The notes beneath the pieces are model-generated. The model was not told where the DNA came from. It made no database searches and saw only the letters and a program-made list of their open reading frames with translations. Both the position numbers and the translations under genes were made by a program. This document shows, one piece after another, positions 29,304 through 39,282 of a DNA stretch of 64,000 nt (position 1 is its first letter; every line of letters begins with the position of its first letter). Source of the DNA: Parcubacteria group bacterium (GTDB taxonomy: Bacteria > Patescibacteriota > Minisyncoccia > Phycocordibacterales > DATDWN01); NCBI GenBank assembly GCA_039740895.1, contig JBCLGS010000001.1, positions 4,013 through 68,012 on the forward strand, given 5' to 3'.

Positions 29304-31766
29304 CTAGACAACAATACTCACCAACTTGAGAGGAACATATATAATCTTGCGTATTTCTTTGCCAGCGATCCACTTATCCACATCCTCCAATCTCTTCACA
29401 TATTCTATAATGTCCGCCTCTGACATATCTGAAGTGATAAATGTCTCGGCTCGAACCTTTCCATTGATTTGGATTGCTATTGTTATCTCAGTTTCTTTCA
29501 TTTTGTTTGGATCGGCTTTAGGCCAAGCTTCCGTGGACAGGATTTTTTTGTCCCCCAATTCAGCCCAAATCTCCTCCGTGACATGTGGTGCAAATGGTGA
29601 CAACACTTTCAAAAACATTTCGAAATCACTCTTTCTAATTTGTTCTATCTTATCCATAAAATTAACCAAAATCATCATTGAAGAAATAGCGGTATTGAAC
29701 CTCATACTCTCAATATCATCAGATACTTTTTTCACTGTCTTATGTAGAAGTGTTTCAAACTTTTTGTATTCCTCCGTGGTAAGGACCGTCCTTGCCATGT
29801 TTGTGTCAAAGACCGTCTTTGACACAACTTTATTTTGAATTTTCCAGACACGCTCAATAAACCTTCTGACACCTATTATATTGTCCTCACCCCAAGCAAT
29901 GGCTTGGTCAAAAGGACCCATAAACATTTCGTACATTCGGAGTGTATCCGCACCATAAGTTTTAACAATATCATCCGGATTTATAACATTACCTTTTGAC
30001 TTGGACATTTTCTCTCCATTTTTAGCTAAAATCATGCCGTGAGAGGTACGCTTTTTATAAGCTTCTGAAAATGGCACAAGTCCGATGTCGAACAAAAACT
30101 TATTCCAGAATCGTGAATATAAAAGGTGAAGTGTTGTATGTTCCATTCCGCCATTATACCAATCTACCTGCATCCAATATTTCAATTTTTTTATGTCTGC
30201 AAACTTTTTTGAATTTTTTGGATCACAATATCTCAAGAAATACCAAGAAGAACCAGCCCAGTTTGGCATTGTGTCTGTTTCTCTCTTTGCTTTTCCAAAA
30301 CACTTAGGACACTTCGTATTAACCCATTTTGAAATACCAGCAAGTGGAGACTCTCCGCTATTCGTAGGCTCATACTTTGCAATTTTTGGAAGCTTCAATG
30401 GTAAATCTTTTTCTGATAGCGGAACAACTCCGCACTTATCACAATGAACAACAGGAATTGGTTCTCCCCAATATCTCTGTCGTGAAAAAACCCAATCGCG
30501 AAGTTTATATTTCGTAACCCACTTTCCACCAACAAATTTTGTGATTTCTTTTTTTACTAATTCTGAATCCTGACCATCAAATTTTCCTGAGTTAATCATT
30601 TTTCCATCTCCAACATATGCAGAATTTCCATCTCCACCTGAAACCACAACCAAGACAGGCAAATTATATTTATTCGCAAAAGCAAAATCACGCTCATCAT
30701 GAGCAGGTACAGCCATCACAGCTCCTGTACCATATGTCGCAATCACATAGTCCGCGATAAAAACTGGAATTTCTTCATTATTTGCAGGATTAATTGCTAT
30801 CAACCCTTTTAGTTGTACACCAGTCTTTGCTTGCCCTGAGCCCGTCGAAGGGTCTTTTTCGTCTGCTGAGCGTTCTATTTCTGCCTTGGCTTTTGCTTTC
30901 ACTATATATTTTTCAACTTCTTCCCAATTTGAGATTTTAGATTTAAGATTTGAAACCAATTCATTTTCTGGAGCAAGTACAACATAAGTGGCGCCAAAAA
31001 TAGTATCCGGTCGTGTCGTAAAAACTTTTATTTCATCTTCAACATTTGAATTTGAACTTTTAATTTTAAAACCTATCTCCGCTCCCTCACTTCTTCCAAT
31101 CCAGTTTCTCTGTTGAAGTTTTATTTTTTCCAGGAAATCGACATCGTCCAAATCCTTATCTAGTTTATCAGCATATTTTGTTATGCGAAGCATCCACTGT
31201 TCCTTTTCGCGTTTCTCAACTGGCGTGCCACATCTTTCGCAACAACCACCAACAACTTCTTCATTTGCCAATCCAATTTTGTCCTTTGGACACCAATTTA
31301 TATTTATTTTAGCTTTGTATGCTAAATCATGTTTTAAAAACTGCAAGAAAAGCCACTGAGTCCATTTATAATATTTTGGGTCAGTGGTGTTTACTTCTCT
31401 GGACCAATCAAAAGAAAAGCCAATTGACTTTAACTGTCTTCGAAAGATGTCCGTGTTTATCTTGGTAACTTTTTCAGGAGAAATTCCAGTTTTAATAGCG
31501 TAGTTTTCTGTAGGTAATCCAAAAGCGTCCCATCCAATAGGATATAAAACATTAAACCCCTCCATCCGTCGTTTGCGAGCGATAATATCCATTGCTGTAT
31601 TACTACGAATATGCCCGACATGAAGTCCCTCGCCTGATGGATATGGAAATTCTATAAGTCCGTAAAATTTAGGTTTTTTTGAAAAATCAGAGGCATTAAA
31701 AACTTCTTTCTTTTCCCATTCTTTTTGCCATTTGGCTTCAATTTTTTTATGATCGTATTCTTTCAT
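29304..31766 (-). CDS. leuS: Leucine-tRNA ligase
   Basis: HVGH and KMSKS signatures, with editing domain. Confidence 0.96.
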   Translation of the reverse strand: MKEYDHKKIEAKWQKEWEKKEVFNASDFSKKPKFYGLIEFPYPSGEGLHVGHIRSNTAMDIIARKRRMEGFNVLYPIGWDAFGLPTENYAIKTGISPEKVTKINTDIFRRQLKSIGFSFDWSREVNTTDPKYYKWTQWLFLQFLKHDLAYKAKININWCPKDKIGLANEEVVGGCCERCGTPVEKREKEQWMLRITKYADKLDKDLDDVDFLEKIKLQQRNWIGRSEGAEIGFKIKSSNSNVEDEIKVFTTRPDTIFGATYVVLAPENELVSNLKSKISNWEEVEKYIVKAKAKAEIERSADEKDPSTGSGQAKTGVQLKGLIAINPANNEEIPVFIADYVIATYGTGAVMAVPAHDERDFAFANKYNLPVLVVVSGGDGNSAYVGDGKMINSGKFDGQDSELVKKEITKFVGGKWVTKYKLRDWVFSRQRYWGEPIPVVHCDKCGVVPLSEKDLPLKLPKIAKYEPTNSGESPLAGISKWVNTKCPKCFGKAKRETDTMPNWAGSSWYFLRYCDPKNSKKFADIKKLKYWMQVDWYNGGMEHTTLHLLYSRFWNKFLFDIGLVPFSEAYKKRTSHGMILAKNGEKMSKSKGNVINPDDIVKTYGADTLRMYEMFMGPFDQAIAWGEDNIIGVRRFIERVWKIQNKVVSKTVFDTNMARTVLTTEEYKKFETLLHKTVKKVSDDIESMRFNTAISSMMILVNFMDKIEQIRKSDFEMFLKVLSPFAPHVTEEIWAELGDKKILSTEAWPKADPNKMKETEITIAIQINGKVRAETFITSDMSEADIIEYVKRLEDVDKWIAGKEIRKIIYVPLKLVSIVV

Positions 31767-31797
31767 ATTATTCTCATAATACCCTAAAAATCTCTGG

Positions 31798-31838
31798 TTA
31801 GCAAAATCCCCAAGGAGAGTCCTTTGGGATTTTGCTAA
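31798..31838 (-). terminator. Long hairpin between 31886-32854 and leuS (terminator or attenuator-like)
   Basis: 13-bp perfect stem ttagcaaaatccc / gggattttgctaa plus an inner 4 bp. On the minus strand a U-run follows after 6 nt. Confidence 0.45.
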
Positions 31839-31885
31839 ACCACTTCTACATAGGTTAGACCTATGTAAAATTTAATTACTTATCT

Positions 31886-32854
31886 TTATTGGGTAAGCAT
31901 TGGGATATTGGTATATTGTATTGGCGTTACCACACCATTAAAACAATGTCTTCCAGCAGGATGTGTCTCAGAAATATTATCATAACCTAAAACCCTAGTA
32001 GGTGAAGTGTTTTGATAACTATCTCCTTTTGTGTCATCTGTTGTATTCTTATTAAATACAGCGCATACACTATATTCAGTTTCGCTTATTTTTATATACT
32101 CGTATGGTTTTCCAGTCTGACTATCATTCTTCGTAAGATAAGAATTAAATGTGGATAAATCATCAATTGTTTGTGGCAAAAAGCCCTTAATATCGTAATA
32201 ATATTGTATCTGGCTATTTAGATTTACCAAATGAGAAACTTTTTGATTATCGTATTTTAAAAGTTGTTGTGTCCGAGGTGAACCAAGGACTGAAAACCCC
32301 CAGACGATTGAAAATAAGATAACTGCAACAGACACACCGAGCCAGATTTTTTTTGAAACACTTGTAAGTTTTTCACGAAGGTCTGAAATATAATATAGGA
32401 AAATCATTACAGCCAAAACAAGTACCACTAAGATTTTCATCAAAAACCCGACAGTTAACTCCTGACCATCAATGAAGTAGTAGAGTACAGTTACCAAATC
32501 TCCTGCGATAGCAAGCCCTGCGATGAATAAAGTGATAAATGTCAGCCATTTTCGTATACCTACATGTCTTTTCTCAGGCTCGGAAGCATAGCTCTTTTCC
32601 AAAAGCCACATAAGCAAAATGTAAATTGGAAAGAAAATAATAAGTGTAGCTACTGGAAAGCTTATTGAGCTACTAGAATTGTAATAATAGGAATAAGAGT
32701 TTATTAATGGAAATGCTTTGTTGATGGCCGTGAATAGAAGATTTATAAGATTGCCCGCGACAGTAAACATTGCGACTATCGCACCGAGATTTAAAAAGAA
32801 GTCTTTGGCGCTACTTTTAGGTTTAACTGTGTATGTAATTGTGTTTGGTTCCAT
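31886..32854 (-). CDS. Polytopic membrane protein (DUF5671-like)
   Basis: Multiple TM segments and a C-terminal soluble domain. Confidence 0.6.
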   Translation of the reverse strand: MEPNTITYTVKPKSSAKDFFLNLGAIVAMFTVAGNLINLLFTAINKAFPLINSYSYYYNSSSSISFPVATLIIFFPIYILLMWLLEKSYASEPEKRHVGIRKWLTFITLFIAGLAIAGDLVTVLYYFIDGQELTVGFLMKILVVLVLAVMIFLYYISDLREKLTSVSKKIWLGVSVAVILFSIVWGFSVLGSPRTQQLLKYDNQKVSHLVNLNSQIQYYYDIKGFLPQTIDDLSTFNSYLTKNDSQTGKPYEYIKISETEYSVCAVFNKNTTDDTKGDSYQNTSPTRVLGYDNISETHPAGRHCFNGVVTPIQYTNIPMLTQ

Positions 32855-32905
32855 ATGTTTAATAAATGATAAATGATAAATTTCATTTCAAATTATACCA
32901 CAATA

Positions 32906-33967
32906 TTAAATCTTAAACTCTACGATATCTCCATCTTTGACTACATACTCTTTTCCTTCTGTCTTGACCAATCCTTTTTCGCGAGCGGAAGCATATGAGC
33001 CAGAAGAAAGTAAGTCTGTATTATGGACAACCTCCGCTCGAATAAATTTATCTTTGAAATCTGTGTGAATAGCCATACCCGCGACAGGAGCTGTTGAGCC
33101 TTTAGCCACTGTCCATGCCCGAGTCTCGTCTTCACCTGTAGTAAAATATGTAATCAAATTTAAAAGCTCGTAGCCCTTTTTTATCAAATCATCTAGCCCT
33201 TTTTCAAAGACGGGATCAACTTCAACATACATTCCAGGTATTTTATAAGAATCATCCCCGCCCGAATGACTGGTATCATCCGGTCGGGCGGGCCTTCTAT
33301 TTTCTGTCGCTTCAGAAGTATTCAGAACATACATAATTGGCTTCATGGTCAAAAGAGAAAGTTGTTTTATGACAGGCAATTCTTTTTCATCCATCTCTAA
33401 AGTATTTGCCAATTTGCTATCCTTAAGGTGAGCTTCAACTCTCTTTAATAATTCATCTTCAAACTCAGCTTCTTTTTTGCCCCTTCCAGGGATAAGTGTT
33501 CCCTTACCAGCTTTCACATCTTTTTGGATGTTACTGAGCCTTTTTGTCACAGTCTGCAAATCTGCTTGAATAAGTTCAAAATTTATAATTTCAATATCAA
33601 AAAGAGGGTCAATTCTGCCGCCAACATGAATAATATCTTTGTCCTCAAAAATGCGAACGACTTGCGCAATGGCATCCACTTCTCGAATATTTTGTAAAAA
33701 TTTATTTCCCAAACCTTCACCCTCTGAAGCACCTTTGACAAGACCCGCGATATCCACAAACTCCACCACTGCTGGAATAGTTTTTTTAGATTTTGAAAAT
33801 TCTGAGAGTTTCCAGAGTCGCTCGTCTGGCACAGGAACAATACCCACAGACGGGTCAATAGTACAAAAAGGATAATTCTCCGCTGGCACGCTTTTTTTCG
33901 TCAGCGCATTAAAAAGCGTGGATTTCCCCACATTTGGCAAGCCGACGATTCCAATCGAAAGATTCAT
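32906..33967 (-). CDS. ychF: Ribosome-binding ATPase YchF
   Basis: [19 protein letters not shown]-loop and a TGS-like C-terminus. Contains a GC-rich palindromic insert. Confidence 0.93.
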   Translation of the reverse strand: MNLSIGIVGLPNVGKSTLFNALTKKSVPAENYPFCTIDPSVGIVPVPDERLWKLSEFSKSKKTIPAVVEFVDIAGLVKGASEGEGLGNKFLQNIREVDAIAQVVRIFEDKDIIHVGGRIDPLFDIEIINFELIQADLQTVTKRLSNIQKDVKAGKGTLIPGRGKKEAEFEDELLKRVEAHLKDSKLANTLEMDEKELPVIKQLSLLTMKPIMYVLNTSEATENRRPARPDDTSHSGGDDSYKIPGMYVEVDPVFEKGLDDLIKKGYELLNLITYFTTGEDETRAWTVAKGSTAPVAGMAIHTDFKDKFIRAEVVHNTDLLSSGSYASAREKGLVKTEGKEYVVKDGDIVEFKI

Positions 33968-34081
33968 CCTCTAATTATGTCTTATTTTCGGCTAAAATTC
34001 AAATAATTTTTTCAATTCCAATAAAGACACCCAATTTCTTTATCCAACTACTTTTTTTCTAAATCATTTGAGCTTATTCGT

Positions 34082-34885
34082 TTAGTGACAATTTAATGCT
34101 TTCCGCCAACCGGAAGCTTGAGCTTCAGCTTCGGTGCAAAACCATTTTTCACCACGGCTTTCGCCAATTGTTGTCTTTAAATACGAACCGCACCCTTGCA
34201 TATGGTAGATCTTCTCACCGGATGTGCTTATGTTGCCCTTGATGGTGCACGAAGGGTCCGTGGCGGATGTTTGCGATGCTGGTGTTACGACAGTGGCTGG
34301 AGCCGTTTCTGAAGTACAGGCGGTCCAAAGACCAATTTTATCTTCCCTTGCTTTCTTTTCAGCTGCTACAAACTTGTCTTGGTATTTGATATCCGGTGGA
34401 TATGAATATGACTTGGCAAACCCCTGTTCCACCAGCTCTTGATTGATTAAGGTATCGCCGAGCCATATATAACGAAGTAGCCGATTGTATTTATCTCTGT
34501 CAGTAATGTCTTTCTCTAATCTTACCATCTTACCTTCCACGAGCTCTTTATTTTTCTTTGATGCTTCCACACCAAAGCATTGTACTGGCTTTCTCGGGTC
34601 AACGGTCTCTGGGGTATCAATACCAATATAGCGGACTCGTTCACCTCCTTCTATTTCAATAGTATCACCATCAACGACACGGGTTACTTTCACAAGAGTA
34701 CCTGATTGTGTACTCGTACCAACTGTTCCGATATTTAATGGGATAAGATTTTCTGATTCGTGAACCGTCTGTCCTGTCGCTTGCAGGTTCACTTGGTTTC
34801 TAGTCAACAATGTGCCAATAAAGATACCTGTAACAAGTAGCACTACACTTCCAGCTAGATATAAAATTTTCTTTGAGATGAACAT
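34082..34885 (-). CDS. Secreted thermonuclease (SNase-like) with Cys-containing C-terminal domain
   Basis: VVDGDTIEI...VRYIGIDTPE and C-terminal KIYHMQGCGSYLKT...FCTEAEAQASGWR. Confidence 0.85.
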   Translation of the reverse strand: MFISKKILYLAGSVVLLVTGIFIGTLLTRNQVNLQATGQTVHESENLIPLNIGTVGTSTQSGTLVKVTRVVDGDTIEIEGGERVRYIGIDTPETVDPRKPVQCFGVEASKKNKELVEGKMVRLEKDITDRDKYNRLLRYIWLGDTLINQELVEQGFAKSYSYPPDIKYQDKFVAAEKKAREDKIGLWTACTSETAPATVVTPASQTSATDPSCTIKGNISTSGEKIYHMQGCGSYLKTTIGESRGEKWFCTEAEAQASGWRKALNCH

Positions 34886-34984
34886 ATTAAATAATTATTT
34901 TAACACATCTTTACCTATAGGAAGGAGCTTTTTCACCATCAGTACCGTTACCATCGTCTTTTTTCTAGTTTGTCTGACATATTT

Positions 34985-35428
34985 TTAAGGCAGTTTTAAA
35001 GTATTGTTTTCAAAAACTTCAGGGCACTCATCTTTTAGATGGTTCATAAATAAAAAATCTGATGTTAATCTTCTTCTCTCTTCTTCCCTTTCTTCAATGG
35101 TCCATCTATCACTCAATAATTGTGCTAACTCACGAGTTCTTCTTATTGATCGTTCTCTGTATTTGTAGATTTGAAAAAATACAACCCAATATATTATAGC
35201 GAGTAGCCATATAGCTACGGAAACATCATCATCTTCTCTGTTAATAAAGATAGGGTCCCACTTCACAAAAAAGTACATCAGTATAGGGGGAAATGTTAAC
35301 AACAAACCAAATAAAAAGGCGTGGAGTGATTTTTTTAGTTTATCTGATTTTTCTTTTCTTTCTTCCTTTCGAAATATTTCATTAATATTATCATCGATAT
35401 TTTGATTTTTCATATTTTTTATATCCAA
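34985..35428 (-). CDS. Hypothetical membrane protein (147 aa)
   Basis: Two TM segments. No known motif. Confidence 0.5.
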   Translation of the reverse strand: MDIKNMKNQNIDDNINEIFRKEERKEKSDKLKKSLHAFLFGLLLTFPPILMYFFVKWDPIFINREDDDVSVAIWLLAIIYWVVFFQIYKYRERSIRRTRELAQLLSDRWTIEEREEERRRLTSDFLFMNHLKDECPEVFENNTLKLP

Positions 35429-35462
35429 TATTAGACATTTTTATTGTAAGCTTAAGGAGTAC

Positions 35463-35852
35463 CTAGTTTATACTTGGTGCTAAGTTAACTTGCACACCAT
35501 TGGCAACTAAGAGTCCATTCTCTACTAATTTATCGGTTACTTCTCTAATCCTGTCTATTTCCTCTGGGTCAGTTCTTGTAATTTCAAAAATTTTTGAAAT
35601 ATATTGAGGAATTTGATCTCGCATAATACCAATATGTACTGCTCTATGGAAAAACCACTCCACAAACGCGCCACAGAGATGAATACTGAGGAAAATGATC
35701 AAAATAACTTCTGGTTTTGAAGATATTTGAACTTTCCATATCTCTGGTGCGGACCATGCAAAAACATATATGGTCACGAACAGAGATACTGCTAATGTCA
35801 GTAGAAATACCAATGGATTGAATGGTTTTCTAAAAATCTTTTTTTTTGACAC
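35463..35852 (-). CDS. Hypothetical membrane protein (129 aa)
   Basis: Two TM segments. No known motif. Confidence 0.5.
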   Translation of the reverse strand: MSKKKIFRKPFNPLVFLLTLAVSLFVTIYVFAWSAPEIWKVQISSKPEVILIIFLSIHLCGAFVEWFFHRAVHIGIMRDQIPQYISKIFEITRTDPEEIDRIREVTDKLVENGLLVANGVQVNLAPSIN

Positions 35853-35943
35853 AGTTAGCCTCCTTTTTATCAGGGAATTTTAATTCAAAAAACAATTCCT
35901 TCGTAAGGGTACAGTATATTGTATCTAATAGCAATGTTTTTAT

Positions 35944-36105
35944 ATGAAATTATTATTCACTCAAAAAGTCTATGCAGTAGTCAAAAGAATTCCTAAAGGA
36001 AAAACTTTAATGTATAAAGAAGTAGCACGACATGCTGGTAGTCCTCTTGCATTTCGTGCAGTAGGAAATATCTTAAAAAAGAATTATTTCCATTCTTTCC
36101 GTTAG
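35944..36105 (+). pseudogene. Truncated MGMT/Ogt-family DNA-binding domain (53 aa, active-site PCHR missing)
   Basis: Hand translation: MKLLFTQKVYAVVKRIPKGKTLMYKEVARHAGSPLAFRAVGNILKKNYFHSFR. It stops just before the position where PCHRV is expected. Confidence 0.7.
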
Positions 36106-36246
36106 GATGAGATTATACTTTTTGGGAGACTTGCGAACGCGACTGGCGTGAGTACGAGGAATTTTCTAGTAAGAAAATATCCGTGCTCCCAAGAAAACCT
36201 GTTCAAAACCAGAATTATTTGGTACTATCATGATAGGAGGAATTCA

Positions 36247-36663
36247 ATGACAATGAATTTAAATAGTTTTTTCGAATTAAACCAGAAATCAGAGGAAATT
36301 GTCAGGAGAGCCAAGGTCATTGGTCAAATCTTTTGGTGGGCTGAATCCAGAGAGACTCTGAAATTAAGCACAAAAGGTTACAGTAAAGTATTTTTTTTCT
36401 GTAACATAGAAGGCTATGAGAGCCCATCAGATGTCGGAAATAGAGGCATGATGATGACCTTTTTTAGAGAGGTTACAAAGAAAGCGACAGGATTTAGTCA
36501 TCATGAAGTAGATGCTAAATCTTTTAATCAAGCCTGTTCAATTCTGTTTGGCAACCCCAACCACTATTTCCAGACTCTTTTTCGGGTGTACGAACATGAC
36601 CTGAATTATGGAGATGTCTTGAAACATTTCCTTCCCAGAGTTCCTCAAATATCTTGGGAATAA
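36247..36663 (+). CDS. Hypothetical protein (138 aa)
   Basis: ATG at 36247 preceded by TAGGAGG. The ORF-track start at 36148 is less likely. Confidence 0.55.
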   Translation: MTMNLNSFFELNQKSEEIVRRAKVIGQIFWWAESRETLKLSTKGYSKVFFFCNIEGYESPSDVGNRGMMMTFFREVTKKATGFSHHEVDAKSFNQACSILFGNPNHYFQTLFRVYEHDLNYGDVLKHFLPRVPQISWE

Positions 36664-36670
36664 GCATTTC

Positions 36671-36699
36671 CCGCCAGTGTAACATCTGGCGGTTTTTTT
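36671..36699 (+). terminator. Rho-independent terminator
   Basis: ccgccag-tgtaacat-ctggcgg followed by ttttttt. Confidence 0.85.
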
Positions 36700-36828
36700 C
36701 TTTATTTTTTTTCTTTATTTTTCAAAAAATACTTGATACCAAATGGCTAATATATATAGAAGATAAATTTTTCGTGTATTGTCTTTCTTTTCAATAATCT
36801 GTTGGTTGATAATTTTTTCAATTCCAAT

Positions 36829-36853
36829 AAAGGTACCTGGCACCAATTCTTCC
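36829..36853. repeat. Motif E variant (aaaggtacctggcaccaattcttcc) with shared upstream aattttttcaattccaataa
   Basis: The upstream 20 nt is also found at 34005-34024 (aattttttcaattccaataa). Confidence 0.45.
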
Positions 36854-36939
36854 AATCAGACTATATATTCAAGTCAAAGTATTGTATATTAATTTTACAA
36901 CTAAATAGTTAGTAGTAGCCTAAACCAGTAATGATACAG

Positions 36940-37052
36940 GTATGGCAAAGGTCCAGTTAGACATCAAAGAACCAATCATGGGGTTGTCTAACTGGCCATA
37001 TCGGGAAACCGATATGAGTGACTTCGGTCACTACCTATGTGGTGGGCTTTTT
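36940..37052 (+). ncRNA. Candidate structured RNA or leader (unclassified)
   Basis: Three hairpins: an 11-bp stem 36953-36963/36985-36995; catatcgg-GAAA-ccgatatg (36997-37016); agtgac-UUCG-gtcact (37017-37032). A GGGCUUUUU tract follows. Confidence 0.45.
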
Positions 37053-37169
37053 ATATATAAAAAAAGGATTTAATCCATCTTATGACCCAATTAAGACCGT
37101 AAACTTGACAAGTTAATAAGTTACATGGTATATTGTTACTAATTTTTAATACAGCATCAAAAAATTAAT

Positions 37170-38765
37170 ATGAAAAATAAAATAAACATTGTTTTCATTT
37201 TCTTATTAGGAATAATTTTAATACCACAGATAGCCTTGGCGGCTTGGTGGAATCCTTTTAGTTGGAAAATTTTTAACAGAACTTCTACACCAGTAACTAA
37301 TATAACGATTTCTAATAACACTGAAGTACAATCGTCAACACTTATTAAGTTTGATGACGCTGTTATTAAATCAGTAATGATGATTAAGATTTTTGATAAT
37401 AATGAGAATAGAATTATCTCTTCAGGATCAGGAATTTCTCTCGGTGGCTTTGGGAATATTTTAACAAATTATCATGTAGTTGAAAAAGTTTTTTCAAATC
37501 CTAGTAGATATAAAGCTTATGGGTGTGTGACGATCTCATTGAACACAGCTCCAGAATGTAATTATTTGCTCAGCACCACAAGAAAACTATTAAACGATAA
37601 TACTGTTAATGCAAAATATAATAAAAATTTAGATTTAGCCCTACTTTACATAGATCAAATTAAGATAAATGATGAGTGGACATCAATTATAAATATATCA
37701 CTTGATAATTTAAAAGATCGCTCTATAAATCTTTCTTCTTATACAAAAAACTATAATGATTTATTGGTTGGTAGCCCAATATATTCAGTAGGTTATCCAG
37801 ATTATGGAGGTGAAAAGACAATTCAAGTTGATGGTGCAGTTGAAAAAATTATAAAAGATCAACAAAGTGGTCAAATACTTATACTAAGTTCCTTAAATAT
37901 ATCTCATGGAAATTCTGGTGGTCCTGTTTTTAATTCCAATGGTGAGTTAGTGGGTGTCACAGTTCAGTGTCTTACGGCTTTTTTGGGAGCTTATGAGTGT
38001 CTAACAAATAGTGGTATATTCATTCCCTTACCAACAGTAAATTGGTGGTACACGAAAGTTAATAATTCACACATAATATCGTGGCAAGGGAAGAATTATT
38101 ATTCTTCTAATAATGGTATTTCTGATAATACTCAAAAGACTGCTTTTTGTAGTGTGCCACTAAAACAAAATTCTTATTATGACGCTAATGTTTCAACAGA
38201 TAATTGTATATGTAAATCTGGGTTTTCTAAAAACTCAAACGGGGATTGTGTGAATGGATCAGGATATGTTGATCCAAGTTTGCGCTATGGCAAGCTAGCT
38301 GATCCAGAAGCAGAAAAGAAAGCCCTCCAGGCTCTCGATAGTTTGTTTAGTGACTTAAACCAAAATTCAGTACAAACACCTGTTCTAAGTTATTTGTACA
38401 ACAACTATAATCCTGCTATTTTAAAAGGTAATGCGGGGGAAGAGTACAGAAACAAAGGTTTGTATTCTGCTGCAGATGGGCAAAAAACCGATGCGACTAA
38501 TTATCTTAATCTTGCAATAAATTCTTATGATGATGCATTAAGAATCTTAGGTAATAATCCGCCAATGGAATGGAAAAGATCATATGATTGTCTTGTTTCT
38601 GGGTTTAATAATGCACGCAGTGCTTCACAGATATTGTTACAAGGTGTTCCATATTTTAAAGTGAGTATGAAATCTGTGGACTATTTGAATCAGGCGCAAG
38701 TATTGCTTAATAAAGGTATTTTAGATTCAGTGTGTGCTTCAAATAATGCTCCAAGTTTAAAATAA
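37170..38765 (+). CDS. Secreted trypsin-like serine protease (S1 family) with C-terminal extension
   Basis: Signal peptide; TNYHVV (His), LDLALL (Asp) and HGNSGGPVF (Ser). Confidence 0.8.
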   Translation: MKNKINIVFIFLLGIILIPQIALAAWWNPFSWKIFNRTSTPVTNITISNNTEVQSSTLIKFDDAVIKSVMMIKIFDNNENRIISSGSGISLGGFGNILTNYHVVEKVFSNPSRYKAYGCVTISLNTAPECNYLLSTTRKLLNDNTVNAKYNKNLDLALLYIDQIKINDEWTSIINISLDNLKDRSINLSSYTKNYNDLLVGSPIYSVGYPDYGGEKTIQVDGAVEKIIKDQQSGQILILSSLNISHGNSGGPVFNSNGELVGVTVQCLTAFLGAYECLTNSGIFIPLPTVNWWYTKVNNSHIISWQGKNYYSSNNGISDNTQKTAFCSVPLKQNSYYDANVSTDNCICKSGFSKNSNGDCVNGSGYVDPSLRYGKLADPEAEKKALQALDSLFSDLNQNSVQTPVLSYLYNNYNPAILKGNAGEEYRNKGLYSAADGQKTDATNYLNLAINSYDDALRILGNNPPMEWKRSYDCLVSGFNNARSASQILLQGVPYFKVSMKSVDYLNQAQVLLNKGILDSVCASNNAPSLK

Positions 38766-38805
38766 TTATTTAAGCACTTATGAAGTGCGTATAACAATTT
38801 AAAAT

Positions 38806-39282
38806 ATGAAATATTGTATACATTGTGGAACAGAATTATCTAATGAAGCTAAATTTTGCTCATTTTGTGGTAAATTATCAAAGTTACATGAGGAAAACAG
38901 TTCAAAAAATACCCATTCTGAGTTTCAACAGCCACAAACTGAGAAACATGTAGATAATGTAAAGAAAGTTGTTATAAAAACAACCAAATTATCCAAATTA
39001 TTTTCAGCAAAAATTGGACGGGGAGATTTTGCTCTACGTTATTTTCCGACTATTTTTGTAGTATATTTTGATAGTAAGTATTCATTTCTCCCATCAATTT
39101 TTGGGGATATATTATCAGGTATAATTCTACTTGCACTTATTTTGTATGGAATTTTATTGGTTATTCAGCGTATAAACGATTTAGGATGGTCTCGCTGGTC
39201 TGCACTTTTAGGATTGGTGCCAATAGTAAACATTATTTTTGCTATGCGTTTATATTTTAAAAAAGGAATCGATGACAAATAA
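38806..39282 (+). CDS. Zinc-ribbon plus DUF805-like membrane protein
   Basis: CIHCGTEL...CSFCG ribbon and a C-terminal RINDLGWSRWSALLGLVPIVNIIF. Confidence 0.7.
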   Translation: MKYCIHCGTELSNEAKFCSFCGKLSKLHEENSSKNTHSEFQQPQTEKHVDNVKKVVIKTTKLSKLFSAKIGRGDFALRYFPTIFVVYFDSKYSFLPSIFGDILSGIILLALILYGILLVIQRINDLGWSRWSALLGLVPIVNIIFAMRLYFKKGIDDK

